Below are positions 1 to 13,150 of a stretch of 63,668 nt of DNA, in pieces; within the stretch, counting starts at the first letter, position 1; each line of letters starts with the position of its first letter. Source of the DNA: Rhina ancylostomus (taxonomy: Eukaryota); contig JARFYF010000002.1 in the NCBI GenBank assembly GCA_030265395.1, positions 46,634,688 to 46,698,355 of the forward strand. The letters are read 5' to 3'. The position numbers and the translations under genes are program-made. The notes under the pieces were generated by a model, which did not search any database, was not told the origin of the DNA, and saw nothing but the letters and a program-made list of their open reading frames with translations.

Positions 1-150
1 AACACCGTTCCCGCGCTGATGTCACGCGCAGGTCACGTGACCTTCCCGCGCGCGGGCTCCACTAGCCCACAAAGGAGTGCCCTGCGCCATCTTGTGACGG
101 GGCCTCCGACGACGCTCGCGATCGTGGGAGCCGGTTCGTGAAAGGTAAGT
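1..150 (+). promoter_or_regulatory. CpG-island-type promoter / first non-coding exon with E-box (CLEAR/USF-type) palindrome, YY1-type motif and 5' splice donor
   Basis: This is the only CpG-dense stretch in the window. It has a perfect 14-bp palindrome AGGTCACGTGACCT (30-43), CGCCATCTTG (85-94, YY1-like) and AAG|GTAAGT (exon end 144, GT at 145). Confidence 0.75.
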
Positions 151-279
151 CGCCACAATATCATACTGTGGTAACAAACATTGGAGAATGACATGAAATG
201 TGTACCTTCTGAGAATGCAGTTACATCATCACAAACAAAATTCTGGAGAATTTCGTTTCTAGACAGTTCTAGAGATAGC

Positions 280-2200
280 AAATGGGTGAATTAAATGTCT
301 TGACAAAACCTATAAATCTCTGAAGTACAAGTTTCCTGTTCTTCAGTGGCTTTGAGTCGACATTTCAAGGAATCCCTGGTGGTTGACCAGCCAAACACAG
401 TTACACATTCTCCCAGATAGCAAATCAGAAGAAAACAAAGAGACTTTTTAATTAACCTTTACAAGCATTTTATAGGACATAAGTGTTACATGCATTTATA
501 TATAAAGACCATGAAGGTTATGAATAAATATGGGAAACCAGCAGCACAGAAAAGTAATAGCTGTTAGAAAATTTAGAGAATCTGTACTAACCCATGGTGG
601 TAAGGGTTTTATTTGAAGAACTAGGTTAAGGCCCTTTTTTAATTTCATTGAAAAATTAAATGATTGAGGATATCTTGTACTACAGCAATATTTGGACTTT
701 GTTTTTGCACAAGGCATCTTAAGTGCATTGTATATTTAGCATAATAGCTAAATTTTCTATGGTTCCAATGGAAAAGTTTCTCAGTGGAGAACATGATAAA
801 GATTCAAAAATGTATCCATTTGAATGGGAAGACATCATAAAATTCTTGTTTTACACCAATAAGCATTTTTGATTCAAGATGAAGCTTAAACCTTTCATTT
901 ATTTGTTTTGCCTGTGAAAAATGAGTATTGTTCTCACTGTAAGTGAAAATAAAAGAAACCATTTATGGTTCCCCCTCTCTCTCTTTGGTGCTTTCTTTTT
1001 ATCACAATAAGGTTATAATCTCAGGAATCCCATTTGGCCTTATTTATTACCCTGTACTTTGTGGCTTTGGCCATCTGTTTTTTCAGTTTTAGGGCTGTCT
1101 CTGTGCACTAAAAACTGTTTATCAAACACTGAAGTCAGTGTTGTAACTCTATCAGTTACTTGGCTCTTATCTGGCAAGGCTATATTCTCTTTGCTGATGT
1201 CTTCATTCAACTCCATTGGAGGCATATAAAATTGACCTAGTTAGTTCTGGGCAGAGTCAAAATGACCCTCATAAATGTTCCTACTATTGTTGGAGATTTG
1301 GGGTCTAAGCTCCCAAGATACTTTACCAACATAGTTTAGTTAACTTTGTTAGGGAACCATTAATGAACCACCGTCAAGTGCTCAGATTGGTTTGTATTTT
1401 GGGAAGATATTCTCCAGCAGTAGCATGAAAAGGAGTGGCTTTTTTGCACACACTTCACTGGAGGGTTACCTTATCACAGAGCCATAGACAATTGTAATAG
1501 GAAGCAATAAGACCAAAAGCCTAATGTAAGTGAGCACTGGTACTGATGAAGGTGCCCCAGAGTTATTTGAAGATGCAGAAGCTTTCTGCATTCCTCACAG
1601 ATTGCCACTTATAGTCGCACTCATTCAGTTCCCACATGGAGCCATTCACAAAGCACATTGAATATGTTGCCCTTGAACAGCAAAGTAAGTTCAGTTCACT
1701 TTAGTCTGATTTGCTTATATTATTTTAAAAAAAGCCTCTTTTTCCAAAAGCAAATGAGATGGATAATGTTGCTCCTTGTCCATGAGAACTGAATGAGTGA
1801 AACAAATGGGCATACTATAAATTGTAGAAACTAGTATTAATATAAGTACCGAGCTCAATGATTGAAGTGAGAAATGAGATTTGACATGGACCCATGTTCT
1901 TGTCAGCTTGCTTTGGGTACTAAGCACATTTAATCTCTTCCTTGGTCATGACAGACATTTGCATCTCATCCGAGTTCATTTCAATGACACTTGATCATAA
2001 TAAATTATTCAATGTCTATCTTTTCACTTTCACTTCCAAATTGCATATCATTTCTGGTTTTGAGATGTATCACTGTTACTGTCAGTCAAATCCTAGTCCA
2101 ATATTCCTAGAGGTGATTTTAAGATTTCAAAGATATTGCAACTATAGGTGACATTGTCAATTGATTACAATGAAGCAGCTCCCAATGTTAGGTTATATTT
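280..2200 (+). pseudogene. Decayed cadherin repeats, segment 1
   Basis: 285-380 GELNVLTKPINL*STSF...FQGIPG (G.I...PLD.E / D.G.P). 1536-1580 TGTDEGAPELFEDAE (A.D.G.P.L...A). Confidence 0.7.
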
Positions 2201-2214
2201 AGTCATCCACACAT

Positions 2215-3640
2215 ATTCATAGAACAGTACAGTGCAGGAACAGGCCCTTCAGCCCATGGTGTTGTGCCGAACTAATTAAACTGGTAATTAAATGCCTAAC
2301 TAAACTAATCCCTTCTGCCTACACACTGTCCACATCCCTCCATTCCCTGCACATTCATGTGCCTATCTAAGACCCTCTTAAATGCCTATATTGTATTTGC
2401 CTGCTGCCTGCACCACCACCCCTGGAAGTGCATTCCAGGCATCAACCATTGTCTGTGTAAAAACAAAACAACTCACCCCACACATCTCCTTTGAACTTAC
2501 CACCTCTCACCTTAAATGCGTGCCCTCTAGCGTTGGACATTTTGACCCTGGGGATAAAGATACCGGCTGTTTACTCTATTTTTGCCTCTCATAATATTAC
2601 AACCTATCAGGCCTCCTCTCAGCCTCTGCCACTCCAGAGAAAACAACCCTGGTTTGGCCAGCTTCTCCTTGTAACACATGCCCTCTAATCCAGGCAGCAT
2701 CCTGGTAAACCTCTTCTTCCCTCTTTCCATGGTTGTCCAAAATTAAGTGCAATATTCCAGATGCGGCCTAACTGGAGTTTTATAAAGCTACAACATAACC
2801 TCCCAACTCTTTAATCAATGCCTTGATTTATGAAGGCAAGCATGCTATATGCCTTCTTTATCACCCTATCAACTGATGCACCCACTTTTGGGGAGCTATG
2901 GAGTTGGACCCCACTATCCCTCTGTACATCAACACTTCTAAGAGTCTTGCCATTAAGTGTACTGTCCCTTTATATGTGATCTCCCAAAGTGCAACACTCA
3001 CATTTAGCTGGATTAAATTCCATCTACCATTTCCCCACCCATATCTGCAACTGATCTATATCCCTAACCCACCCATCTACATTTTCATACAAGTCATACA
3101 GCAGAATCAAACAGCAGAGGTCCCAGTATGGATCCCTGTGGAACACCACTAGTCACAGATCTTTGGCCAGAAAATGTCCCATCAACTACTACCCTCTCTT
3201 CTATGGGCAAGTCAGTTCTGAATCCAAACTTCTGATTGAGCCTCCCATAAAGGGACCTTGTCAGACCTCACTAAAATCCATGTAGACAACATCCATAGCT
3301 GTACCTTCATCAATCACCTTTGTCACTTCTTCAAAAAAACTCAATCTAGTAAGATATGACTTGCCCCATACAAAAACATGCTGACGGTTCCTAATTAGGC
3401 TATGGTTTTCCAAATGCTCATAAANNNNNNNNNNNNNNNNNNNNNNNNNNNNNNNNNNNNNNNNNNNNNNNNNNNNNNNNNNNNNNNNNNNNNNNNNNNN
3501 NNNNNNNNNNNNNNNNNNNNNNNNTTGCCCCATACAAAACCATGCTGACGGTTCCTAATTAGGCTATGGTTTTCCAAATGCTCATAAATCCTATCCCTAA
3601 GAATTCTCTCCAATAGCTTCCCTACCACTGATGTAGTCAT
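2215..3640 (-). mobile_element. CR1 LINE, 3' portion with internal deletions
   Basis: RT-region peptides TSVVGKLLERILRDRIYEHLE, RQHGFV, FFEEVTKVIDEG, VVYMDFS and KRFTRMLPGLE; CR1 3' tail at ~2218. Confidence 0.92.
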
Positions 3641-3699
3641 TTAAGGTCTGGCTGTAAATTCCCAAGAGCCAGACAAATAAACAGCCTATATGGTAATAA

Positions 3700-5300
3700 T
3701 TAATAAGCCATAACATGCAATGAAATGAAGTTAAACACTGGCCTGTCTGTTTGAAGACTTTCAGCAGATATAGAGAGAATGGAGTAGTACTTCATTAATG
3801 GAGTCAACCTAACACCATTCAAAAGTGCTGAACGTCCAGCTGGAAAAAAAATGACAGCCTCTGAATAGTTTTGATGGAACTGAAAGAAAAGTCTTTGGCA
3901 ACAATCTGTAAATCTGTGAAGACAAAAAACAACCCTCCACTCAGCGTAACTCAATGAAATATCTGCTACCCATTCCATCATCCAGGAGGGCACGCTGCAT
4001 ACATTCTTATTTCCACCAGTAGAATTCTTCACCCTTGATCACACTGGTATTTGGACTCACTGGGCATCACTGCAACGTAGTTCCATTGAAGAAAAGTTGC
4101 TGTAAGTCTACTGATCAGAAATCAGGCAATCCCTGAACCGAGCAGAAACTTCAAAATTTACTTTCATTCATAGTGTAGCTAAGAAGATGGCTATTCAGCG
4201 TATCAAAGTTGTTCCATGTCTTTTGACAAGCAATTCGGTTAGTCCCATTTTGTTCCTTTCCCCCATATTTGCTTCATTTTTTTTCTCCCAAGTATTTATC
4301 CAATTTACTTTTGAAAACTGCAATTTAGCCTGTTCCTACCCACCTCATCAGGACACGCATTCCAAATCCTCATTCTCTGCATAAAACATGTGTTGCCTCT
4401 GGTTCTTTTATCAATCATCATGAAGTTTTTCTTTATTTATCCAATTTCTACCCTTAATGATTTTAACTACCTCTATCAAATCTTTTAACAAGTTCAAGTT
4501 TATTGTCACGGGCATACATACACAGGGTATAAATGCCATGGAAGTTAGGTTTTTGCAGCAGCAACTCAGTACGTGACAAACATAAGATAACATAAACTTG
4601 TACGTACATAAATTATACTCTTTTCCAAGGAGAGAGTCTCATTGTCTGTAGTCTATCCACATAACTGTAATTTGGATCAATCTAGTGAATCTCTTCTTCA
4701 CCCTGTCTATAGTTTTAATGAGTTTCATAGGTGCAGCCAAAAAAGGCAATTACCATGTTCAAAGGAAACTGTAAAAAAAAATCTCAAAAACTATCTTCCG
4801 CAACAGTGAACTTGGATCATGTTTTGTGCGATCCGCTGTTCAGATAACCCCACAAATTGTGATGGCTTTGAATTTTGAAGACCCCCAGAAATATCTGATT
4901 TATGCTTCACTGTTGCAAAATCAGCTATTTGTTTTTCTCTGCTTAACTAGTTGATGTTAATAATTAAATCACTTCAGAATAAAGATAATTGAAATTAATA
5001 TCTAAAATTGTAGATACTCTTCCTAAACACCACAACCATTTGAAAATTGTGGAACATTGTTGCATACATTACAAGGATTTTCTTAAATTTATTGCAGAGG
5101 AATTGCAGATTGTTATGTATTTTCTTCCTTCTCAAATATGACAGTTGTTTTTCTGAATTATTTTAAAGTTTATCCACCTCTTCAGTGTTTCCCATTACTT
5201 CTTTTCCAATGCTCTGGGACTTTACTTACTCTTCTTCATTGTATGCAGGGAAACTTGTTTTACAGCCTTTTATAAATCAGTAATAAAAGAAGCTATTTCA
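3700..5300 (+). pseudogene. Decayed cadherin repeats, segment 2 (split by a CR1 fragment)
   Basis: 4022-4078 EFFTLDHTGIWTHWASLQR (F.ID.TG.I....LDRE). 4865-4906 ALNFEDPQKYLIYA (LDFE..Q.Y.L.V.A), then 4947-4964 LVDVNN (V.DVNDN) after a frameshift. Confidence 0.8.
4170..4740 (-). mobile_element. Old CR1 3' fragment containing a short inserted LINE 3' end (~4490-4610)
   Basis: CR1-like 3' sequence including KDLIEVVKIIKG. The insert ends in AATAAACTTGAACTTG on the minus strand (Rex1-like tail). Confidence 0.6.
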
Positions 5301-5999
5301 AATGTTAAGATTGTGCTTTACAAGTTACATAGTTGTACTGCCCCGTTTCTCCGACTCATTTCCCAGATTAACATGCTTTGCAAATCATGCCTAATCTTTA
5401 CAATCAAGACAAGTACATGCACTGACACACGTACTCAGGTACAAATCTAAGTAATGAAATGTTTTCCTTTACCCTACTCTAGGTTACTGCTTCCAAGCTT
5501 GCAAAACAGAGGTTTTTGTGCTTTGTGAGCAAGATGGCCTCTTTCTAATCCTTGCTGAATCTTAAATGTTCTTTCAACTATTGTAAACAAATGTGTACCT
5601 TTTCATTGCATGGATATCTTTTTGCTGGAGTCTTGGTTCCAACCAGTAGTTGTGAATGGTTGTAGGATTGTATTTTCTCAATTACTCTAGCAATGAAAAA
5701 GTGTTTCAACTATACTTTAATAATGTCTTCTTGTTTCTTCAGATATGATTTGTTGCCCCATTGCTGTCTGAACCATGTCATTATACATTCCCTTTGTTTT
5801 CCACACCCCTCTACCTTCTTGATATCTTAAAAGAACCTTCCTTGATTTTTACTAATTCTGGTGAAAGCTCATTTGATCTGAAGCTTCAGTTCTGTTTCTG
5901 CTAGATGCTGCCAGACCTGTTGAGTATTTCCAGCATTTTCTATTTTTATTTTACACTGCACTTTGGTTAAGCCATATTTAGATAATATCATTATATTTC

Positions 6000-8900
6000 C
6001 TCATTTGTTTGTTTAAACTGCACCAGACTGAATCAACAAGCTAGTTATCAATGAATGAGGCCATTTAATCCAGAGATGAAAGTGGTAGGTAAACTTCAGC
6101 ATCGTACCACGTGTAGAACAAGGGTGCTGATGGGTGAGAATCGTCCTATTTACTGGCTGTATAAGGGTTCCACATTAAAAAGGTTTAGTGTCAATCCAGT
6201 TTCAATTGGCCATGGACCCCATAGCACAAAATCTGGCAGTATTTCACAATCTCCATGTGAGATTAAGAATAACTAGTGCAGTAGGTGCAAAACTATGTTT
6301 AGATAATGAAGAAGGTCATGTTAAAAGCAGATAATCCAACTTTAAGAATGTAGTTATGCACAGAATTAGAAAAAGTTCATATCAGAAGTATATAACTTAA
6401 TACTTTCTTCAGAATTGATGTTGCAATTTTCATAATGAATCTTGTGTCCATGAAGGCTGATAGGTAATTGCTGCATTGTGTGACTGTCAGATCAAAGTAA
6501 AATTACTTGCAACACATAGTGGAATTTAAATATCTGTGATAAAGACTGAGTGTTAAATTATTATCTGACAAGCTTGCAACTAGTACGGTAGAATTAAAAT
6601 AAAACTACTTGGTAAAGGTGGCTTTGACGCTACTTTAAAACACAGATAAGGTGCAAAGTAATACAGGAAAGAAAGGAAACTACTATCAGTGGTGCACAGT
6701 ATCTGCTGGTACGTAACACCCTAGTTAGCAGAATGCAAAATGAAATTGTTTCAGACAGGTCATTGGAGATCTGAAAGCAGATAATGTGTTATGTCTGACC
6801 AGGATAACTTTGTTTTCAGCTTATAGAAAAAAGAAATTGCACAAAATACCATTTTAACTGGAGTCAGATTGTGGCTATGGAGTCTAATAGTAGAAAAAAT
6901 TGAGACAGATCTCTAGAATTTAACCAGAAACAATACATGCAGTTACACTGCCTTTTGAAATAAAATAAAGGAAAATCTGTGAAAAAGAGTTTTTAATAAT
7001 ACACAATTATTATTCAAAACTCTTTCTGCAAGCTTCCTAGTTAGGTGAGTGGTGGTATTACTGATGTGGCTGGTCACCACCATGATTAATTGCCTTTGCC
7101 TGTGGTCTTGGCAGTTATTTTAATTTTAATAAATTGCTTCAGGAATAAAATCTACAAAATAAGGCTCATCTGCATCTAAAATGAATACTAGTCTACTTTC
7201 AGTTTTGTATCCTGAGAAAGAAATTAAAATGGCTGAGAGAATATGATTTTCTTAAGGAAATCTCTGGTGCGATTGTATTATCATACAGTAAGCCCCACAA
7301 TTCATTTTTTTATATAACCATACTTTTCTAAAGAATTAAGCAGACCCTTCTCTGTGATATATGAATCATGCTGAAGTACTGTTGTAGAAACCTGGTTTAC
7401 CTGACTTCACATTCTCTCTGTCTGTTGTGGAGGACACAACATTATTTCCAATAATGTTTAAAAAAAAGTTACCCACAACATTTCTGCAGCACAATGCCAT
7501 CCATAACTTTACTTGTCAATTCAAAGGAGCCACAAAGTCCTGGCATGAAAGTGCTGATCTCTGAAGTGCAATGGGAGTATTTTTTCCTGAAGTAGGAAAA
7601 TGCATTAAATGGCATAGTGGAGAACTATCTGTACCTAACCTTTACTTGAAATTGCCATTTGATGCAAAAATGAAACCCTGGTCCTTTAAAAAAGGATAAT
7701 AGGTGTTTTTAAATAATTATCTCTGCCACTTTACTGAGTGCAAAAAATATTTTTCAACAAAAATTCTGCAAAGGCAAAACCAAGGAGCTTAATGTGTGTT
7801 GACTTATGCTTATAATCATATTTCAAATAATTTGTTTATATAACTTGCATTATAATTTTGATACCACCAAGAGAAAAATTAAATATTGAAATTTTGATTT
7901 TAATGTTACAAAGGAAGTGTTTCTTGGTTTTGCATATTTCTGAAATGGACACTAGACTGGGGGAAAAACATTTGTAGATCATATATACAAGGAAGACAGC
8001 ACCAAGTTTGGAAACCTGGAGTTTTGCTTAGGAATTATAATTGTTCTGGCATTTCAGTTGACTTGTCGCTTTGTTTTCTGTAACAGTCTCTGTCAAAAAG
8101 CATATCTGTGGAGAGATTAATCTTTGATATTAATTCTACATTTTCTTGCATATCTTTTTAAAAATGTATTGTCATTTAAATGTTGGTTTGCTAGTAAGTA
8201 ATTTATTTTGGATTAATTGCAAAATTACATTCCCCTTTTATAGTTTTCCAAATTTCATGTCAGCAGTTTTGTGTCAGAAATAGTTGTCCTTCACAATGTT
8301 TATAGCTGTATGATTTTGCACAAGTGGTTTCTATAGCTACTGTACAGCAGCAGATGTAAAGNNNNGAAAAGCTGTGATAATAAAGACAGGATTTTTAAAC
8401 AAAAACCAGACATTGACAATTACCCTGAAGCTGAACTGAGGCCCATCAGAGTAAATGTAGGATATGAATCTTTAAAAAGTGTAAGCAAATGCAGCACTAC
8501 CTGGTACTTTCTTTTTCCTGTTTATAATATGGTAATAGAATAGCTAATAACAGATTAGATATTGCAATTGCCAGAGCAATGTTTTAGGTCAGTTTTTATA
8601 AAGAAGCAGATTGTCAAGGGTTAGTTTGAAGTTCCAGAACTGAGGTGAGAAGCATTGAGTAGCAAGTTTCTTGTGTTGTTTTTATGCTTTCAACTGCTGT
8701 TTGCTTCTAAAGTTTACAGAGAACATTTTTCTCTTCAAACAGCTGGCCTTTAAAAGGGGTCTAAATGACTTGTGGTTAACACTGCAGTAAGGGACTTCAA
8801 CCAATGATTATGTTATCATTTGAAGAGGGCCTGTAAGTTTTAATGTAATAATAGTAGCGCAAACCACTGAAGGTCAAAGATGACACTGTTTAACCCTCTA

Positions 8901-10300
8901 ACATCTGAAAAGGATAAATCAAATTTAGAGGTTTCACATAGATCTAACTAAATGCATTTCTGATCCAAGCATAAGCTTCCACCATACTAAACCACTTGGC
9001 AGTCAATTCCATTATGTAGTAATTCTTGATCCAAGTGCAACAGTTAAGTCGAAATGCTGATCTTAGCACAAAATATCTCTAGCTATCTGATTGCATTGAT
9101 TTGCACAATAGAGCAGTGAATCCATTGGTAAAAGGCCACATAAAATGTCCTGCTGACTCTAGAAAAAGATTTGTGCATGACTGTTCTTGTTTCGATTGAA
9201 TTGCGAGATAAAAGATTAAATGGGTTGCAGTACAAGGATTTGGAAATTGGCTGCTTTTAGCTGCTGATTCCTGATCCAAGCATAACCTTTCCTGATAATT
9301 TGGTTTATATATTTGATTGGAATGAGTCTTAGACGCAGTAAACAGGAGATGATGCTTTGACGGCCTCATTCTTAATTGCTGCATTGGAGGAACAGTTATT
9401 GGTTATATTAAATTCAATTTTATGACAGCCACCACATGTAATCTTAAACATGATAATTGAATGTTTTTTCCTCAAAACCAGTTAACTTTGAAGACATAAC
9501 AANNNNNNNNNNATGGTCTTAAAAAATAGACAAACTTTCATTTCTAAGACTGTTTGATTCTAATCATGGTCAATCAAGATGCTTCTTTAACATGATCACT
9601 AATTAATGCATTTACTCAGCGTGTTAATTTTTCAATATGTTAATCATGGTTAATGAAAAATAAAGTTACACCACAGTTTACTAAGGGTTTTAGGGGAAAA
9701 AAAGGCTGAATATAATGAAAATTCTACATCCAAACTGATGAATAGGCCATTCCCATGTAGTTAAGCTTGGTGTCCACACCAAGAGAATATGAGAATATGA
9801 TTCATGTTATGCATATAATTTATAACTATTCTCCATTCACTGGATTTTTCTGAAGAAATTGTGCTATTATTGAGAGATTGTGGTAGTTTTCATTTTTTCC
9901 ACTTTTTAAACAGACTGCATTTCTACAAAGAATTGAATTTGTCTGTTGTATGATGGATTCTTCGCTGTGAGTCAGCTTCCAACCTCCTACTCATTGGTTG
10001 ATGGAATGTTGACAATAAATACTCTTTAAAAAGAAAATAAAGTGTTGCATAACGCAGGTCAGCACAGTTACAACAGGGATCCATTCCTGTGAACTGTTCT
10101 TAACCCAGACCGTTTGCAAGTCAGAAATGCAGTTGCAAACAGAGTTCCCAGGCAGCTGAAGATGCCTGTAGCAGCTGGCAAATCCATCCCTCCAGTCTCC
10201 CAGACTATTGTTCATATGTACAGGCTGGACTAAAGTCAGGCATTTGTAACCTGGGGGAGGACCTGTGCTGTGATAAAGAAGTTTGCTGATGATACCAGAA
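6000..10300 (+). pseudogene. Decayed cadherin repeats, segment 3
   Basis: ORF 6055-6276 ...GENRPIYWLYKGSTLKRFSVNPVS (G.N..I.Y.I..G...F.I.P.SG). ~8500 NAALPGTFF. ~8830 SFNVIIVAQ. ~8956 and ~9267 ISDPSISF / IPDPSITFPDN, one repeat length apart. Confidence 0.7.
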
Positions 10301-10649
10301 TTGGCATTGTGATTTTTTTTTTGTTCACTATTCAATGCCTTCATTAAGGTTTAGACTGAGAATCTTGACATCGCATTAAAAACCTGGACTTGGGCGTTGA
10401 GATTTAATTTATTGTTGAGGTTCTGAAATGGATTTGGAATGTGCAGTGCACCCAATTTCTAAGGATGCATCAACATGCTTCTGATTGCTGTTAATTTTCT
10501 TTTAGTTTAGTATCTAATGTCTAATAATTTTACAAATAACTTTGGAAAAATAAGACTACGCAGATCAAACATTTTATTGATATGAAAAATCCATGCTATG
10601 TTTTTTTAAAAGGATAGAAAACTGTGCTCATAAGACACAAGAAAGATCA

Positions 10650-11765
10650 GTGTTTGGAATGCATATCTTTACTAGATTTTTTGTGTTGAGTAAATCAAAA
10701 AATGTGTATTAAGCTAAGTGGTTGAAAGAAGGTGCAGCAAGGTAAGAGCTCCTGGCATTTGGGATAATATATTAGCATGAGTGGAGGGTCACAGAATAAA
10801 CAGAAAACAGGTATAATGGGTCATTTTCTTTAATTGCACATGATGTTGCTGAGACCACAACTGGAGTACTGTGTTCAATTTTGGCTTCTTTATTTAAGAA
10901 GGCATTTATTTGCCTTGTAGTCAGTTCAGAGATGGTTCACTGCTTTACTCCTGAGATGAAAGGGTTGATCTGTGAAGAGAAGTTGAGCAGGTTGGGCCCA
11001 TACTTATAAAGTCATAGAGAGATGCATTATGGAAACATGTCCTTGAGTCATTGAGACTGCTCTGACCGTCAACCATCCAGTTACATTACTCCTACAGTAA
11101 TTTTGCTTGTTTTATTCTCCCCACATTCCCTTTAACTCCCCCCACATTCTACCACTCATTGACACCCTAGGGACAATTTACAGAGGCCAATTAACCCACC
11201 AACTCGCACATCTTTGGGATGTGGGAGGAAACCACAGCTCCTGGAGGAAACCCATGTGTTTACAGGGAGAACGTGCGAACTCCGCACAAGCAGCACTCGA
11301 GATCAGAATTGAACCTGGGTCTCTGGCACTGTGAGACAGCTGCTCTACTAGCTGTGCCACTCATTGGAGTTTAGAGGAATTAGAGGTGATCTTATATACA
11401 AGGCTGTGAGGGGGCTTGCCAGGCTAGATAATGGGAGGATGTTTCCTCTGGCAGGACATCTAGAACCAGGGGAAAAAAATCAGAAAAATAGATCATCCAT
11501 CAAATATTTTTAATGAGATGGGATTTTTTCTCTCAGAGGATCTTGAACTTTTGAATTTTTTTTTACTCTGGAGAGCTGTGGAAGCAGAGTCATTGAAGGT
11601 GCTCAAGGCCAAGACTGATAGATTTTTGATCTATGAGTCAGTTGTAGGGATAATGGAGAATAGGCAAGAAAATAGAGCTGAGATCATCAGATTACCAATA
11701 ATCTCACTGAATGGCAAAGGAAACTCAAGGAGCTAAATGGCCAGCTCTTCTGTTTCATATGTTCT
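10650..11765 (+). mobile_element. CR1 LINE 3' portion interrupted by a SINE
   Basis: CR1 motifs gagaccacaactggagtactgtgttcaattttgg and the 3' tail. The CR1 text gggcccatact...cattggagtttag is split by the SINE. Confidence 0.85.
11006..11360 (-). mobile_element. tRNA-derived V-SINE/HE1-like SINE
   Basis: Minus strand has A box TGGCACAGCTAG, B box GGTTCAATTC, V-domain core (gggtttcctcc..tttcctcccacatcccaaag) and a CR1-like tail. Confidence 0.9.
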
Positions 11766-12949
11766 GAAGAAAAACTGGGGCAACAGAGAGCGAGAGAAAT
11801 GGGGTGAGAAGTTACAGTCGCGGAGAGCTCTGAGTTGGAGTCAGGTCTAGTAAGACAGAGCACAAGATCTGCATTGGAGGCAGTTGAGAGAGACAAAGGT
11901 TGGGAATGAGTGAGTATCTTTTTTGAGAGAAGGGCAGGGATTTTTTTGTGTGATTTTTAAATTGAACTTTTTTATTACTTTTAAAAATCAATTCAATGTG
12001 TCTGAAGAAAACTGAAAAGGAAAGAAAGGGGTTGGGAAGCACAGATGAGGAGATGTGGTTGGGTGGGACAAGGTCCAAGGGTGGGATCTTTTACCCTGGG
12101 AAGGAAGCGAATGCTACTTGAAAGGAGTGGATAGCAAATTAGGGGTAAATTCACAGCAGAGAGAGAAGATGACAAGAACACTAGCAAATATTTCTGAAAA
12201 GAAAAGGGTAATGTTGGTTGTGAGACTGATTGGAAAAGAATTCGATTGTTCATCTTGCTGAGCTCTGACATGAACTCACTCATGTGACTGAAAGCACTCA
12301 TGCTACAAAATAACCCAGCCCACAACAACCTCATTTGAAAAGCTTATTTACTTGGAATTCTACTGTTGTTACATTGCTACTGCAAGTATGAACAATCTCT
12401 TTCAAACTAACCTCCTCTTCTTCATCCCTCAGGATAAGGATCGATATGCCCACCTTAATGATGCAAAGTATAATCCATATGTCGGCCATAATTCATTCCG
12501 TGAGAAGTACTTCAGTGGAGTTATGAAGAAGGTTTCTAAGGAAAATAAAAATANNNNNNNNNNNNNNNNNNNAATTATATTTTGATCTGTAAGAGACTTT
12601 TTAAGCTAATAAACACAGATCCCTTTATGTTGATTGAAACAGTATCTTATAATGATTTATTTCAGATATGGAAGTAATTAGTATGTAATGTATTTTAATA
12701 TTAAATTGACAAAATAGAATATGCATAACCAACTGAAATAATAATTGTCCTTTTATATACATTAAGTACATTTAACTGTTATGTGAGAATGATACGAAGG
12801 AAAATAGTGTTGTGAAAAATCAAATACTGATGTGTGCTAAATGGTCAGTACTGTACTACAAGAGGTAGTCCTGCTACCCTATGCCACAGTAAATTAATTT
12901 GAAAGACTAGGACCAAATGATTACAGATTCAGACTAGTTATTGGTCAGT

Positions 12950-13150
12950 TTAAAACTCATTAATGTATAACTATTTCTTTACACAAACAGTAAGCCATAT
13001 ATTGAATGACTTACAGACAGAACTGTAAAGGTAAAAGTGCCTGAATTATTTAAGAAATAATTAGCTGATGAAATGGGGGGAATCACATGGTCATTAGGAT
13101 GGATTAATTAAATTGGATTGAAGGGCCCTTTACATCCATAATTACCTTGT
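12950..13150 (+). mobile_element. Old CR1-like 3' end
   Basis: Degenerate tttacacaaacagt..tgaatgactta..ggattgaagggcc 3' motifs. Confidence 0.5.

Noticed and set aside
390-470. Calx-beta-like peptide LHILPDSKSEENKETF*LTF
   Set aside because: Isolated match; the flanking motifs fit a cadherin repeat boundary better.
12433-12531. Apparent intact coding exon DKDRYAHLNDAKYNPYVGHNSFREKYFSGVMKK with branch point and good acceptor
   Set aside because: The donor is weak (GTTTCT). The peptide and the sequence upstream of the acceptor both fit the EC pattern (Y.A....DKD...N...Y....G..F.....SG), so it is better explained as fossil cadherin.
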